Source: Candidatus Babeliales bacterium (lineage in GTDB: Bacteria; Babelota; Babeliae; Babelales; JBFXEV01). Taken from it: a stretch of DNA of 64,000 nt. Under the pieces are notes generated by a model. It searched no databases. It was not told the DNA's origin and worked only from the letters and a program-made list of their open reading frames with translations. Shown here in pieces: positions 1-10,316 of this stretch (positions within the stretch are counted from its first letter, which is position 1; each line of letters starts with the position of its first letter). The stretch lies in the NCBI GenBank assembly GCA_050179755.1, contig JBFXEV010000001.1, positions 681,994-745,993 on the forward strand. Reading direction: 5' to 3'. A program made the translations under genes and the position numbers.

Positions 1-579
1 ATTAAGTAAGGGTTTTGGTTAGTGCGTAAAAGCATTAGTATCAGAACCCTTAATTTTAGATCAAAAAACCTCTACAGCCGGTCTCAGGCTGGTTTCCTCC
101 TTTGTTTATCCGGGCCTTTAGGGTCGGCAAACTACGAGAGGAAAAGTCCTCCTGCTCTCCTATACAATGTTGATTTTACCCTATAATCTCAGAGATTATT
201 TACCTTTTAGCCCTCTGTAGACCCTTGAATTTTAACCTGGCTTTATGTTACAATGAGAATATAGAATAGGCTCCGGTGCTTAATATAGGGTATTCTAAAA
301 AAATTTACTCTGGCTGTATGAGTATTAGTTGCTTAATAAAGCACTCAGCATTCATAAAAAAGTTATGCGTTAATGGTAGTTAATGCAAGCATGCCATTTG
401 GCGCTATTAAAGATATTTCCATGCAAGGTGATTTCTCATTGGTCGCTTATATGATAACGCCGATAGGCTAATGACAGAGAAAGTCTTTTTTGCTCTCAAA
501 AGAAGAAGAAAAGTTTGAAAGAGCGTCAGCAGATTTTGATGTAGCAGTAAGTAAAGAGCACAACTAAAGGAGATTGTTA

Positions 580-2148
580 ATGTTGAGCAAAAAATTAGTT
601 CTGTTTTGTGCTTTTTTCTCTCTGGCCAATCTTATGGGCATGGAGCAAGTGACTATTCAAACGGAAGAAGGTCAAGAATTTATTGTAGACGCAGACCTTG
701 CAAAGCTTTCGGAAACTTTAAAGAATTTAATAGAAGATGCAGGAGGGGATCTACTTGAGAACTCATTGCCATTGCCTAATATTACAGGGGCCACATGGGC
801 GCAGATTCAAAATTTATTACCCGCTGTTCGCGATATTATAGATGGCACTCAAGATGCTCAGCAAAAAAAAGATGGCATTATTGCCGCATTAAAACAACTT
901 GATGGCACTAATCTCATAGCATTTATTATTGCAGTTAATTATTTGGATATTCGTATTCTATTAGAGTTAGCAATTGATGTTGCAAAACAGATTGATGTTA
1001 AAAAGATAACTCCCGCACAAATTGCTGCACTACCCAAAGAAATTCGCAATCCTATTATATTTGCACAGACATTAAATATTTTGGGTCCATTGAGTGACAG
1101 CTCATTGCAGGTTAAGCAAACTGCCGGTAAACGTTCAGTATTTTCAGTGGATGTATCGCCTGACGGCAGCAAGATGGTCTCAGGATCTAATGATAGAACC
1201 GTACGTATATGGGATGTTAATAATTTTAACTTACTTAAAACATTTTATACCGTAAATATGGTGAGAGCGGTTTGTGTAACACCAGATGGCCGTAAGCTTG
1301 TTACTGGTTCAGACGATGGCGTTGTCCGTCTACTTGATATCAATACCGGTGGGCTCCATCGGGTGTTTATGGGGCATATATTTCCTGTGACATCAATCTC
1401 TATAACGCCAGATGGTAATCATATAGTTTCAGGTTCTGCTGATGGTACAATTCGCATATGGGATATTATGACAGGTGAACTTGTTGCCGTGTTGCGAGAT
1501 TCTGTAAGCAAAGCGATCAATGCAGTCTTTGTAACACCTAATGGTAAACATATAATTTCAGGGTCCGATGATTATTCAGTTGGCATATGGGATATTGGAA
1601 CATATAAGCCATTAGTTAAGCTAATAGGGCATACCGGCCCAGTTAAGGGAGTGTGGGCAACGCCAGATGGTGCCTTTATTGTTTCAGGGTCATTGGATGG
1701 GACAGTTCGTATTTGGGATAGCAACACTCACCAACAATTATACGAGCTAAAAGCCGATGGTCCTGTGAATTCTGTTGTTGTAACGCAGGATGGCAGTAAA
1801 ATACTCTCAAGCTCTCAGAATGGCATACAAGTATGGGATAGAAATAATCGTGCGTTACTTGTACATTTTATTGTTTTTCCTCATATGATTCGGGTTACGC
1901 CCGATGGCAAAACTATTGTGGGTTCCAGTGGTAACTTGTTATTCAAATTTGATATGTCAATTTTGGATCGCTTTCCTGCTATAACACTACAGCAGGCTGA
2001 GTTCATTTGGTCGTATTTACAAGGCAGTCATCGTGAAGACTGGAGCCCTATTTTAAACCTTCTGGCACTTAGGCCAACAATGTTACAAGGAGTAGCGGGT
2101 GTGCAGGAAGTGCAGCCGCCCACAAAACGCCGGCGGGGTGCTCAGTAA
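580..2148 (+). CDS. Secreted Skp1/BTB-like domain + WD40 repeat protein (putative effector)
   Basis: Signal peptide; Skp1-like motifs (VTIQTEEGQEF..LSETLKNLIED..LPLPNI; IIAVNYLDI..LL); repeated GH..V..TPDG..IVSGS.DGTVRIWD units; basic C-terminus PTKRRR. ATG at 580 follows AGGAG (ORF track starts at TTG 574). Confidence 0.85.
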   Translation: MLSKKLVLFCAFFSLANLMGMEQVTIQTEEGQEFIVDADLAKLSETLKNLIEDAGGDLLENSLPLPNITGATWAQIQNLLPAVRDIIDGTQDAQQKKDGIIAALKQLDGTNLIAFIIAVNYLDIRILLELAIDVAKQIDVKKITPAQIAALPKEIRNPIIFAQTLNILGPLSDSSLQVKQTAGKRSVFSVDVSPDGSKMVSGSNDRTVRIWDVNNFNLLKTFYTVNMVRAVCVTPDGRKLVTGSDDGVVRLLDINTGGLHRVFMGHIFPVTSISITPDGNHIVSGSADGTIRIWDIMTGELVAVLRDSVSKAINAVFVTPNGKHIISGSDDYSVGIWDIGTYKPLVKLIGHTGPVKGVWATPDGAFIVSGSLDGTVRIWDSNTHQQLYELKADGPVNSVVVTQDGSKILSSSQNGIQVWDRNNRALLVHFIVFPHMIRVTPDGKTIVGSSGNLLFKFDMSILDRFPAITLQQAEFIWSYLQGSHREDWSPILNLLALRPTMLQGVAGVQEVQPPTKRRRGAQ

Positions 2149-2205
2149 TAATTACCTGAGCTACAGGTAAAAATAGCTTATTTTACCCAAATTAATATTT
2201 TCTAT

Positions 2206-2233
2206 TTGACATAATTTATACCTGTGATATACT
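2206..2233 (+). promoter_or_regulatory. Sigma70-like promoter
   Basis: TTGACA-16 nt-TATACT upstream of the 2275 gene. Confidence 0.5.
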
Positions 2234-2274
2234 GAATATACCCTATATTATTCAGGTTTAAATGGAGTATTATT

Positions 2275-3912
2275 ATGTTAAAGAAATTACTATTTTTTTC
2301 ATTATTAACGGTCTCTTGCGCTTATGCCATGGAACCAGTGCCAGGTAAGCGGCAAAAACGTTATGATAATCCTCTAGAAGATGGTTCAAGTGAGGTTGAC
2401 GCTTTGCCCAGATATTTATCAATTGAGCAGCCGGCATTCGTAAAAAGCGATGAGGACGTTGCTATTCAGACAGAGGATGACCAACACTTTATAGTTCCTA
2501 TTCAACTTATTAAGTTATCTGAGACACTAAAAAATTTAATCGAAGATGCTGGAATAGATCATCCAATTCCGCTACCTAATATTACTGCTTATACATGGCA
2601 GTTAACCCAATCATTGCTAGAGCGCGTGAGTGTTCTTTCGGGAAATGATGCAGCCTTAGCGCCTCATGCAAAAAATTCTATTATAGCAACTTTACAAGAT
2701 CTTAGATGCCAGGATCTTGTTGATTTTATTACAGCAGTTAATTACTTGGATATTCCAATTTTACTTAATATTGTGCTTGATGTTGTAAAGCAAGCAGATG
2801 TTTCTGTTATGACCCCGGAGCAGCTTATTCAGCTGCCAAAAGAAATTGCCAATCCCATAGTTCTTGCGCATATTTTGCGGGCGTTAGCACCGTTACAAGG
2901 GCAGCAGCAACAAGTTATTAAGGGGTTTAAACGAGCGATTGCAGGACTTTGTGTTAGTCCCAATGGTAACAAGATATATACCACGCATATCAATGGTATT
3001 GCGCGTATTTGGGATATGGCAACTGGTCAGCAGTTAAGTCAATTCGGGCATGCATCATGGGGGCGCCCAGGCTTGGGCTTATTGCCTGATGAAAGTGCTG
3101 CCCTATTAGGTTTTCATGCAAAGCCAATAATAATGTGGGATCTGGCAGCGAATAAGGTTTGTGAGAATGTTACCTTTGAGCGTCCTGATAATGCATTTTT
3201 AGGCGTACATACATTTCAAGTTACCCCTGATGGCACTAAAATTGTGTGCAAGGTGCACACGGGTTTCATCATTGTATGGGATCGTATCACTGGTAAAATT
3301 ATTCATCGTATTTTAAGTGACGCAAGGCTTGTTTGTGTATCATCTGATAGCAAGTATCTTGTTTTATGTGCGCTAAATGGTGCAATAACTCTACATGACA
3401 TGGAATCAGGAGTACGCGTTGAGTCATTTCCTAAAATTGGAGATGGCAGTTGTGTTGATGGTGTTTTAATAACGCCAGATCAAAGCAAAATAATTCTAAA
3501 TTATGCTGGTCGCGTATTATTTATAAAAGATTTTAAAACCGGTGCCGATCTTAACCGCATAGGCTATGATGAGCAAATTAGCGCAATATGCGTTACGCCA
3601 GATAGTTCTTATATATTGATTGGGCTTGTAAATGGTAACATACATATGCATGAGCTTGCAACGGGTACATTAGTTGCCTGTTTTAAAGGTCATACAAAGG
3701 CAGTTTGTAATCTTAAAGTTGTGTCACAGGGTAGTCGTTTTGTTTCAGCATCTATGCTGGATAAGACCATGCGTATATGGAATCTAGATATATTTGCTCG
3801 CTTACGTGCATTATCTAAAGAGCAAGCAAAGTATATATGGACTTGCTTATATAAAAAAGAGATTGATAAGTGCCGTGTATATGTTCAAAATATTATAGTG
3901 CCACAAGACTAG
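2275..3912 (+). CDS. Secreted Skp1/BTB-like domain + WD40 repeat protein, tandem paralog
   Basis: Signal peptide ending AYA-MEP; LSETLKNLIED..IPLPNI and AVNYLDIPILL; more degenerate WD40 repeats. Confidence 0.8.
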   Translation: MLKKLLFFSLLTVSCAYAMEPVPGKRQKRYDNPLEDGSSEVDALPRYLSIEQPAFVKSDEDVAIQTEDDQHFIVPIQLIKLSETLKNLIEDAGIDHPIPLPNITAYTWQLTQSLLERVSVLSGNDAALAPHAKNSIIATLQDLRCQDLVDFITAVNYLDIPILLNIVLDVVKQADVSVMTPEQLIQLPKEIANPIVLAHILRALAPLQGQQQQVIKGFKRAIAGLCVSPNGNKIYTTHINGIARIWDMATGQQLSQFGHASWGRPGLGLLPDESAALLGFHAKPIIMWDLAANKVCENVTFERPDNAFLGVHTFQVTPDGTKIVCKVHTGFIIVWDRITGKIIHRILSDARLVCVSSDSKYLVLCALNGAITLHDMESGVRVESFPKIGDGSCVDGVLITPDQSKIILNYAGRVLFIKDFKTGADLNRIGYDEQISAICVTPDSSYILIGLVNGNIHMHELATGTLVACFKGHTKAVCNLKVVSQGSRFVSASMLDKTMRIWNLDIFARLRALSKEQAKYIWTCLYKKEIDKCRVYVQNIIVPQD

Positions 3913-3934
3913 GACAAACTAGAAATTAACTTTC

Positions 3935-5308
3935 TTATAATGCTTTTTCAATAATCTTAATCGAATCAGCAAATCCTTTTCTTAATCTTAATAAAAAAGA
4001 CTTGCAATTTGAAAGTTCCGCAATAAGGTCTTGAATGCGCTCGTCTGTTAATCCAATCTTTTGCGCTTGTGCTTTGGTTAACCCATATTGATCGAGTGTG
4101 CCATCTAAAAATGCCTGAGCAATGCAGCGTGAGGGCACGGTTTGCAAGATATAGCTATATTGGCGCAATTGATAATAAAGATCACTTGCTAATGAACCGT
4201 TTTCATAGGCAACTTGTATTGCTCGCCACTGTGCTGCAAACTGTTCATCCGTTACATCGTTTATTTTTAGATTTGTTCTTCCAAAAAAATCTGCCATAGT
4301 ATTTTCTACTGATGCACTATACTGCCCCATTTTTGCATATGTTAATAAAAATTCTTCAGTGAGCGTTAGGTCTTGCGTTAAAATACATTGTCTCAATGTT
4401 GCAAAGCAAATTTGATCTCGTTCAAGTGCTGTAATGTTGGATTCAACTTCTTTATGTAGTGCAACTAATTGTGCGTGTAATTGCACGAGAAGCTCATTAG
4501 TTTTTTCATCTTCTTTAGTAATTCTTTTAAGAAGTTCTTTGCCGTGTGTTAATGCTTTTTCATACTTCCTATGATTCAATTCTTCTGGATTTGATTCTTG
4601 CAGAGGTTCTTGCATTTCAATTTTTTCTACTGCTTCAATCACTGGCACTGATTCTGATGTTTGAGTTTGCTGCGTAGCAGCAATAATACTTTTAAATGGG
4701 GCAAATGAACCCCTTATTTTCTGTGCAAGAAACCGCCAAGCAGTTGATACTGGTGTTGCTGTTTGTTCAAGTGTGGAGTGCTTAGATGATTGCTGCTCGG
4801 CTGCAGGTATTAATGAAACTGCGCTTGCATTATCAAGTGTGGCTATATACGTAATTTCACTTGGCGCTTCTTGCTGTTCTTGAGTTTTTTGCATTGTGTG
4901 AGCATCATAATCATCAACAATAAGGAGCAGTGGTTTTGGGCTATCTGCAAGATCTAACGTTCTTAACAACGCATCTATGGGTGATGCTTCATGTAAGCGC
5001 ACAACAAATTCAGCAGGAGCTGCTCTATTAAATGGTAATTTGCAGTGATTAAAGAGTAATTCAATTTGGCCATGAATAGTGCGCGTGCAGGTGTTTGCTG
5101 CTTTGCATAATTTTTGTAAATCGCTTAGTGCTGGCCGTTCCGCATGCATGGATTTGCCAGCGGTATTAATGATTATCCAGCTTTTTCCCATTAGATTATC
5201 ATCAGCATCTGGTTCCATGCAAAAAGTATTGGTTGTGATAACGCATATGATGATAAATACAATCTTTTTGCTAGTTGGCATTATATGACCAGCGTTATGA
5301 TCTAACAT
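3935..5308 (-). CDS. Hypothetical secreted helical/coiled-coil protein
   Basis: 457-aa ORF with signal-like segment ending TFC-MEP. Confidence 0.6.
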   Translation of the reverse strand: MLDHNAGHIMPTSKKIVFIIICVITTNTFCMEPDADDNLMGKSWIIINTAGKSMHAERPALSDLQKLCKAANTCTRTIHGQIELLFNHCKLPFNRAAPAEFVVRLHEASPIDALLRTLDLADSPKPLLLIVDDYDAHTMQKTQEQQEAPSEITYIATLDNASAVSLIPAAEQQSSKHSTLEQTATPVSTAWRFLAQKIRGSFAPFKSIIAATQQTQTSESVPVIEAVEKIEMQEPLQESNPEELNHRKYEKALTHGKELLKRITKEDEKTNELLVQLHAQLVALHKEVESNITALERDQICFATLRQCILTQDLTLTEEFLLTYAKMGQYSASVENTMADFFGRTNLKINDVTDEQFAAQWRAIQVAYENGSLASDLYYQLRQYSYILQTVPSRCIAQAFLDGTLDQYGLTKAQAQKIGLTDERIQDLIAELSNCKSFLLRLRKGFADSIKIIEKAL

Positions 5309-5356
5309 GGAAATCCTTTGCGTATAAAGTTTAAAACCTTAAGGTTTTAATAGTAG

Positions 5357-6244
5357 TTATACTCTAGCAGAATTTAATTGCGTTGTACTAGACTTGGCAT
5401 TTGGGTTCAAATAACCATGTTTGATCAGAATCTTTTTAAGATCATTGTGAGACATGTTATGGAAATAAATGGTATTAAATCCACAGGCCTGCGCAGACTT
5501 TACATTTTCGAGCGTATCATCAATGAAGATACATTCTTTTGGATTAAGATCATGCGTTTCAATAAGATATTCAAAAATATCAGTGCTTGGTTTTACCAAA
5601 TTGCAGCCACCAGAAATAATAATATGTTCATCTTTAAGGTGAGCGAATACTTTTTGACCTTCTGCAGATTCATGCAGCAGTGCAAAAGAATATGCATCCC
5701 AGTTTGATAGGATAAATTGTTCACATGAAGGATCTTTCGCGCAAGTTGCAACTAATTGTGCCCCTGCAGGGATTGCTTTCATGTATTTTGCAAATGTTTC
5801 TGTATCAAAGATCGTGCGCATGATGCGCAATAGCAATTTTTTTTCACGTTTAGTGGTGATCTTTTTTTCTTGCCAAAGCTTATTCACTAATTCAGTAGAT
5901 TCGCGCAATGCGTCTTGAGGATTAATTTCCCCCAACAGCACGTCAACTAATAATTGAGGTAATTCAAGCCCTTCTGGGCTTTTAAGCCTTAAATGAATTG
6001 GCCCTTTTTGCATGCCTAGCGTATATAACACTTCAAAGGCTCTTTTTTGCAGATTTCCGGGGTTTTTGCCATCTAAAATGGTATGGCCAAATAAGGTACC
6101 AATACCCAGTTCATTTAGAGTAATTTTGAATTTATTTGCAGCAAATAACACCCCGCCAAGATCCCAGATAATGGTTTTGGCTTGTAGGCCAAAGCTTGTT
6201 GCCGCACAAAGTGCCAACATGAGTATATATTTACGGATATTCAT
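5357..6244 (-). CDS. HAD-family hydrolase with signal peptide
   Basis: IIWDLGGVL motif I, LSN motif II, KP...IFIDD motifs III/IV; N-terminus ends GLQA. Confidence 0.85.
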   Translation of the reverse strand: MNIRKYILMLALCAATSFGLQAKTIIWDLGGVLFAANKFKITLNELGIGTLFGHTILDGKNPGNLQKRAFEVLYTLGMQKGPIHLRLKSPEGLELPQLLVDVLLGEINPQDALRESTELVNKLWQEKKITTKREKKLLLRIMRTIFDTETFAKYMKAIPAGAQLVATCAKDPSCEQFILSNWDAYSFALLHESAEGQKVFAHLKDEHIIISGGCNLVKPSTDIFEYLIETHDLNPKECIFIDDTLENVKSAQACGFNTIYFHNMSHNDLKKILIKHGYLNPNAKSSTTQLNSARV

Positions 6245-6413
6245 AAGATTCCTTATAGCCTCTCAGGGGAGCTTGTTTAATTTCTATTAGAAATAATGTG
6301 GCATAGGGCCTGCAAGTTAACCTACTCCCAATTCTATATTTTTTGGTACAATTTGCAAGGAGCTCATTGACAATAAAAACCCCTTTGCTACGCTTGAAAT
6401 AAGAGGTTATATC

Positions 6414-7832
6414 ATGTTCCAGGAGATTTTCATAATGTTAGATTCACGCAATTTTAAAGTAGCAAAGCTACTCATTTCTCTTATTTCAATTAGTTTATTT
6501 TCGGGCCTAGTGGCAGCACCAACAGTGGTTTCTCGGCAACCGCTCCAATGGGATTGGTCTACTATTGATACAAGCGAGGTGCAATTTGAACCAGCATTTG
6601 GTTGGGGTGCAGCAACGTCTGCCTATCAAATTGAGGGTGATCAAACTGCGCATGGCAAAAAAATTAAAAATAGTTGGACAGAATCAGCAATTGCTCCAAA
6701 GGCTGGCATTGCTGCAGGGCATTGGGATAGATTCCGTGAAGACGTGCAGCTTATAAAGCAAGCTGGGCTTACTGAATATCGTTTTTCTATTAAATGGTCG
6801 GCAATAGAGCCAGAGCCTGGCGTGTTTGATGAAGATGCAATGCAACATTATATTGATCTTGTTGATGAACTTAATGCCAATGGAATTACGCCGTTTGTGA
6901 TGCTCTTTCACCATACGTGGCCGGTATGGTTTGGCAATGTAGGTGATTTCCAGAAAAAAGAAAATATTCCACATTTTACTAAATTTGCAGATTACGTGTT
7001 TAATAAACTTAATGGTAAAGTAAAAATGTGGATGACGTTTAATGAACCATCTGGCTATTGCTTGGAGGCTTATTTTAGAGGTAAATATCCACCATATGCA
7101 AAAAGTTTACGTAAAGCGGGTAAAGCACTAAAAAATATGATTGATGCACATGCTGCTATTTATCATCACTTTAAAGAAAAAGATCCTACAAGCAAAATTG
7201 GTTTTGCACAAATGATGGTGCCGCTTGACCCTTACCCTACGGGGAATCCGTTTAAAAAGCTTGTAAGCTGGATTGGTTGTTCATACTTTGGCCCTATGCA
7301 AAATACTGCTGTTCTTGATTATTTCCGCACGGGCAAATTTGATTGGGGTTTTCGTTTGCATGGTAGAGTGAAGGGTAAAAATAAATTTGTAAAAGGCGCT
7401 ATTGATTTTGTGGGTGTGAATTATTATTCGCACGTAATGCTAGAAGGTAGCAAACATAAATCACTGCCTGATCGCCCTACTTCTGATAATGGCAAGGGCG
7501 TGTACCCCGAAGGTTTATTACGTTCTATAGAATTATGTGCGCAGCATTTGCCAGGTGTGCCTATGTGGATTGGTGAAAATGGCATTTGCGATGCAAGTGA
7601 TACTAAGCGTGATGATTACTTTAAAAAGCATTTATGGGTAACATGGTATGCAAAACAACTTGGGTATGATATACGTGGCTATCACGTGTGGACGCTGATG
7701 GATAGCTTTAACTGGAATACTGGATTTGCCAATAAATATGGCATTTATAAAGTTGATTTTAATACATATGAACGTACACTGCGTGATGGTGCAAAGAGCT
7801 TAATTACTCTTGCAAAGAATGGCAGATATTAG
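6414..7832 (+). CDS. Glycoside hydrolase family 1 (beta-glucosidase-like) with signal peptide
   Basis: FGWGAATSAYQIEG, TFNEP acid/base and IGENG nucleophile motifs. Confidence 0.92.
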   Translation: MFQEIFIMLDSRNFKVAKLLISLISISLFSGLVAAPTVVSRQPLQWDWSTIDTSEVQFEPAFGWGAATSAYQIEGDQTAHGKKIKNSWTESAIAPKAGIAAGHWDRFREDVQLIKQAGLTEYRFSIKWSAIEPEPGVFDEDAMQHYIDLVDELNANGITPFVMLFHHTWPVWFGNVGDFQKKENIPHFTKFADYVFNKLNGKVKMWMTFNEPSGYCLEAYFRGKYPPYAKSLRKAGKALKNMIDAHAAIYHHFKEKDPTSKIGFAQMMVPLDPYPTGNPFKKLVSWIGCSYFGPMQNTAVLDYFRTGKFDWGFRLHGRVKGKNKFVKGAIDFVGVNYYSHVMLEGSKHKSLPDRPTSDNGKGVYPEGLLRSIELCAQHLPGVPMWIGENGICDASDTKRDDYFKKHLWVTWYAKQLGYDIRGYHVWTLMDSFNWNTGFANKYGIYKVDFNTYERTLRDGAKSLITLAKNGRY

Positions 7833-7884
7833 AATAAAATAAACACCGTATATCTTGATCGAGTGTAACGAGTTGAGAGATCAT

Positions 7885-7922
7885 ATCCCTCACAGACATT
7901 GGTTTGTGGGGGATTTTTTTTA
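7885..7922 (+). terminator. Intrinsic terminator after the GH1 gene
   Basis: ATCCCTCACAGAC/GTTTGTGGGGGAT stem followed by a T tract. Confidence 0.65.
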
Positions 7923-8102
7923 AAATGGTTTTCCATACTACAGGTTTATGCTGACTTAAAAAGTCAGGTCATTTCATTTTTGATCATTAATCAATCATCT
8001 GAATAGATCATAAGTTTCTTTTTTTAGATCTTTACTTTTGCGTGTAATGATATTACAATCACACCGATTCAATGCTTTAACTAAATTGCAAAAGAGTTTA
8101 TC

Positions 8103-10316
8103 ATGAAAAAAAGAATTATACCGATTTTGTATGTAGCTCTTTTATTCAATATATTTCAAGTTAAAGCTCATCCTCTATTTGCTTGTATACCTTATGTTGC
8201 TCCTACAATAATGAAAGTTGTCGCTTTCATGGGCATGGTAGGAGTCGGTTACTCATGTGATCGGATTATCAATGAGCCAAAACGTGAGCGCAAACGTCAA
8301 AAAAGAATCGCTGATCATCAAGAACATCTTAATCAAGTGAGTAATTGGTCGTATGATCAATTTGAAGCACGCTTCAAATTGATGAGTCAATGTGGTGAAT
8401 ATAATGAAATTCCTCCAGAGTACTTATTTGCGCAGCATGCTTATTATCAATTTGCTGAGTTCCAATCACTTTTGCAAAATCATTCAGCGTATGAAAAGTC
8501 GATTATAAAATTGCGTGATCAGATTAAGCATGGTAAAGAATTTGATTTAATCACAGAGGATGAGCAAAATAAATTTAAAGATGTTGTGTATGCGTTAGTT
8601 CAAGAGATTGACTGCCGTAAGGCGCAACGTGAATATGAGGCTCAACGATATCAGGAATGGTTGCAGCAAGAACGTTTAGAAAAAGAAAGAAAAACTCGCT
8701 ATCAAGAGCATATTAATAAAGTTTTGAGCGTTGAGCATAATGCTCTGAGTGTAGCATGTGAAGATTTTGCAAATGCTATTATACATCTTGAAGATTATGA
8801 CCCCCAAGTGCAAGAGGTGCTGGCCAAAAGACATCATGCGTTAGCGCTTCATTTTGAAGCTCGAGATGAATGGCGTGCGCATACTTTTAACCTAATGCAC
8901 GATACTATACAACTGCTTAAAGAACAAGGCATAAATGTAAATTCATATAGTCAATTCTATGGTAATCAAATGCAGTTTGCGCTGCATCAAGAGATTATTA
9001 CTATTCTAGATCAAACAGCACGGATACATGTTGGCAATAATTTTCAAGACGACGCAAAACCATTCATTCGATCATTAACTCTGTTTGCAGATGCTGGGCA
9101 CCAACATAATCATGCAGGTCATTTACCGCAAGCAATATCCCTTATAGATTTTTGCTATGAGATGTTTGATGTGGCACAAACTTTTTATAAAATGACCGGG
9201 CAAATGTGTTTAGAGGGTATTAAACTTGGCTATAGATGCAACAAGGCGGCGTTAAGAGGAGCTTGGCAAGGCTCCAAAAATTACGGTAATAAATTGCTTG
9301 CTCTTGGTGCATGCTGTAAAGATTTGGTGAATAAGTCTTTGCATCCGATCGAAACTACTAGAATACTTGCTCCTAAAATCAAAAAAGCAGCCAAGCGTTT
9401 TGGCCAGTATTTGGTTGAGTGTTCAGATGCTCGAGAAAAGTGGCGTGCAAAAGCACATAACCCACATTTGTATTATTGGCATATAAGAACTAATCAAGAA
9501 TCTTTAACTATCAAGCAACAAAGAAGAGAGTGGCTCGATGAAACGATTAAAGATGGTCATCAAATGCTCAAGAACACTGCACTCTTTGCCTATGATACAG
9601 GGTTAGAGGGTTGCATAGAAAAAGGATCAGAAGTTGCTACTGAAATGGCCCTCTCTTATGCAACAGGAAAAGCGGTTGGATCTTTAGCGCAAGCAGGTGC
9701 TTTATCATTTGCCAATTTTTTAGATGAATTGAGTGAATTGCAATATGTTCATCAGATGCCAACTACGATGGGCACCATGCAAGGGTATGTGGCGCTTGAG
9801 GGAGCGGAGCTTGCTCGTGCGGCCGCTGCTTTGAGAGTGTTGAGTGATGAATTTGGGGCAGCAGGTGATGCGTTAGGTAAAGTGGGTTCGGCTGGAAACT
9901 TGTTGAGTGAAGCGGGTTCAACTGGCGATAAGGGATCGATTTTTAATTACCCTAATGATCCTATTGAAGTTGCAGATGCGACACAAGCAGTGCAAGTAGA
10001 GCTTGCAAGGATTCAAAGTAAATTTATAATTCCGATTACTGGTACAGAGAGGATTCATGATAGTTTAATTGGCTTAAATCTCAATAGTTGTAGGCATATT
10101 GCGCATTATAAACATAATTGGGGGAGGTTTGTAAAAGATCCTAATGATTATGATTCTATTTTTAGACTTATGACAAAAGTATATAATGAAGGAACATTTG
10201 TACAAGAATCGAAGGATGTATTCTTGTCAACACTCAAGATTTATGGAGAAGTTGTTCAAGTCCGATGGGTAAATAATTCTAAAGGTATTTTTTTAGGTAA
10301 TGGTTGGATAAAATAA
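8103..10316 (+). CDS. Putative polymorphic toxin with C-terminal Ntox35-like predicted RNase domain
   Basis: Signal peptide, helical body, Gly/Ala-rich linker, and a tip RHIAHYKHNW..KVYNEG..GEVVQV..GNGWIK; stop overlaps the next start (TAATG). Confidence 0.6.
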   Translation: MKKRIIPILYVALLFNIFQVKAHPLFACIPYVAPTIMKVVAFMGMVGVGYSCDRIINEPKRERKRQKRIADHQEHLNQVSNWSYDQFEARFKLMSQCGEYNEIPPEYLFAQHAYYQFAEFQSLLQNHSAYEKSIIKLRDQIKHGKEFDLITEDEQNKFKDVVYALVQEIDCRKAQREYEAQRYQEWLQQERLEKERKTRYQEHINKVLSVEHNALSVACEDFANAIIHLEDYDPQVQEVLAKRHHALALHFEARDEWRAHTFNLMHDTIQLLKEQGINVNSYSQFYGNQMQFALHQEIITILDQTARIHVGNNFQDDAKPFIRSLTLFADAGHQHNHAGHLPQAISLIDFCYEMFDVAQTFYKMTGQMCLEGIKLGYRCNKAALRGAWQGSKNYGNKLLALGACCKDLVNKSLHPIETTRILAPKIKKAAKRFGQYLVECSDAREKWRAKAHNPHLYYWHIRTNQESLTIKQQRREWLDETIKDGHQMLKNTALFAYDTGLEGCIEKGSEVATEMALSYATGKAVGSLAQAGALSFANFLDELSELQYVHQMPTTMGTMQGYVALEGAELARAAAALRVLSDEFGAAGDALGKVGSAGNLLSEAGSTGDKGSIFNYPNDPIEVADATQAVQVELARIQSKFIIPITGTERIHDSLIGLNLNSCRHIAHYKHNWGRFVKDPNDYDSIFRLMTKVYNEGTFVQESKDVFLSTLKIYGEVVQVRWVNNSKGIFLGNGWIK

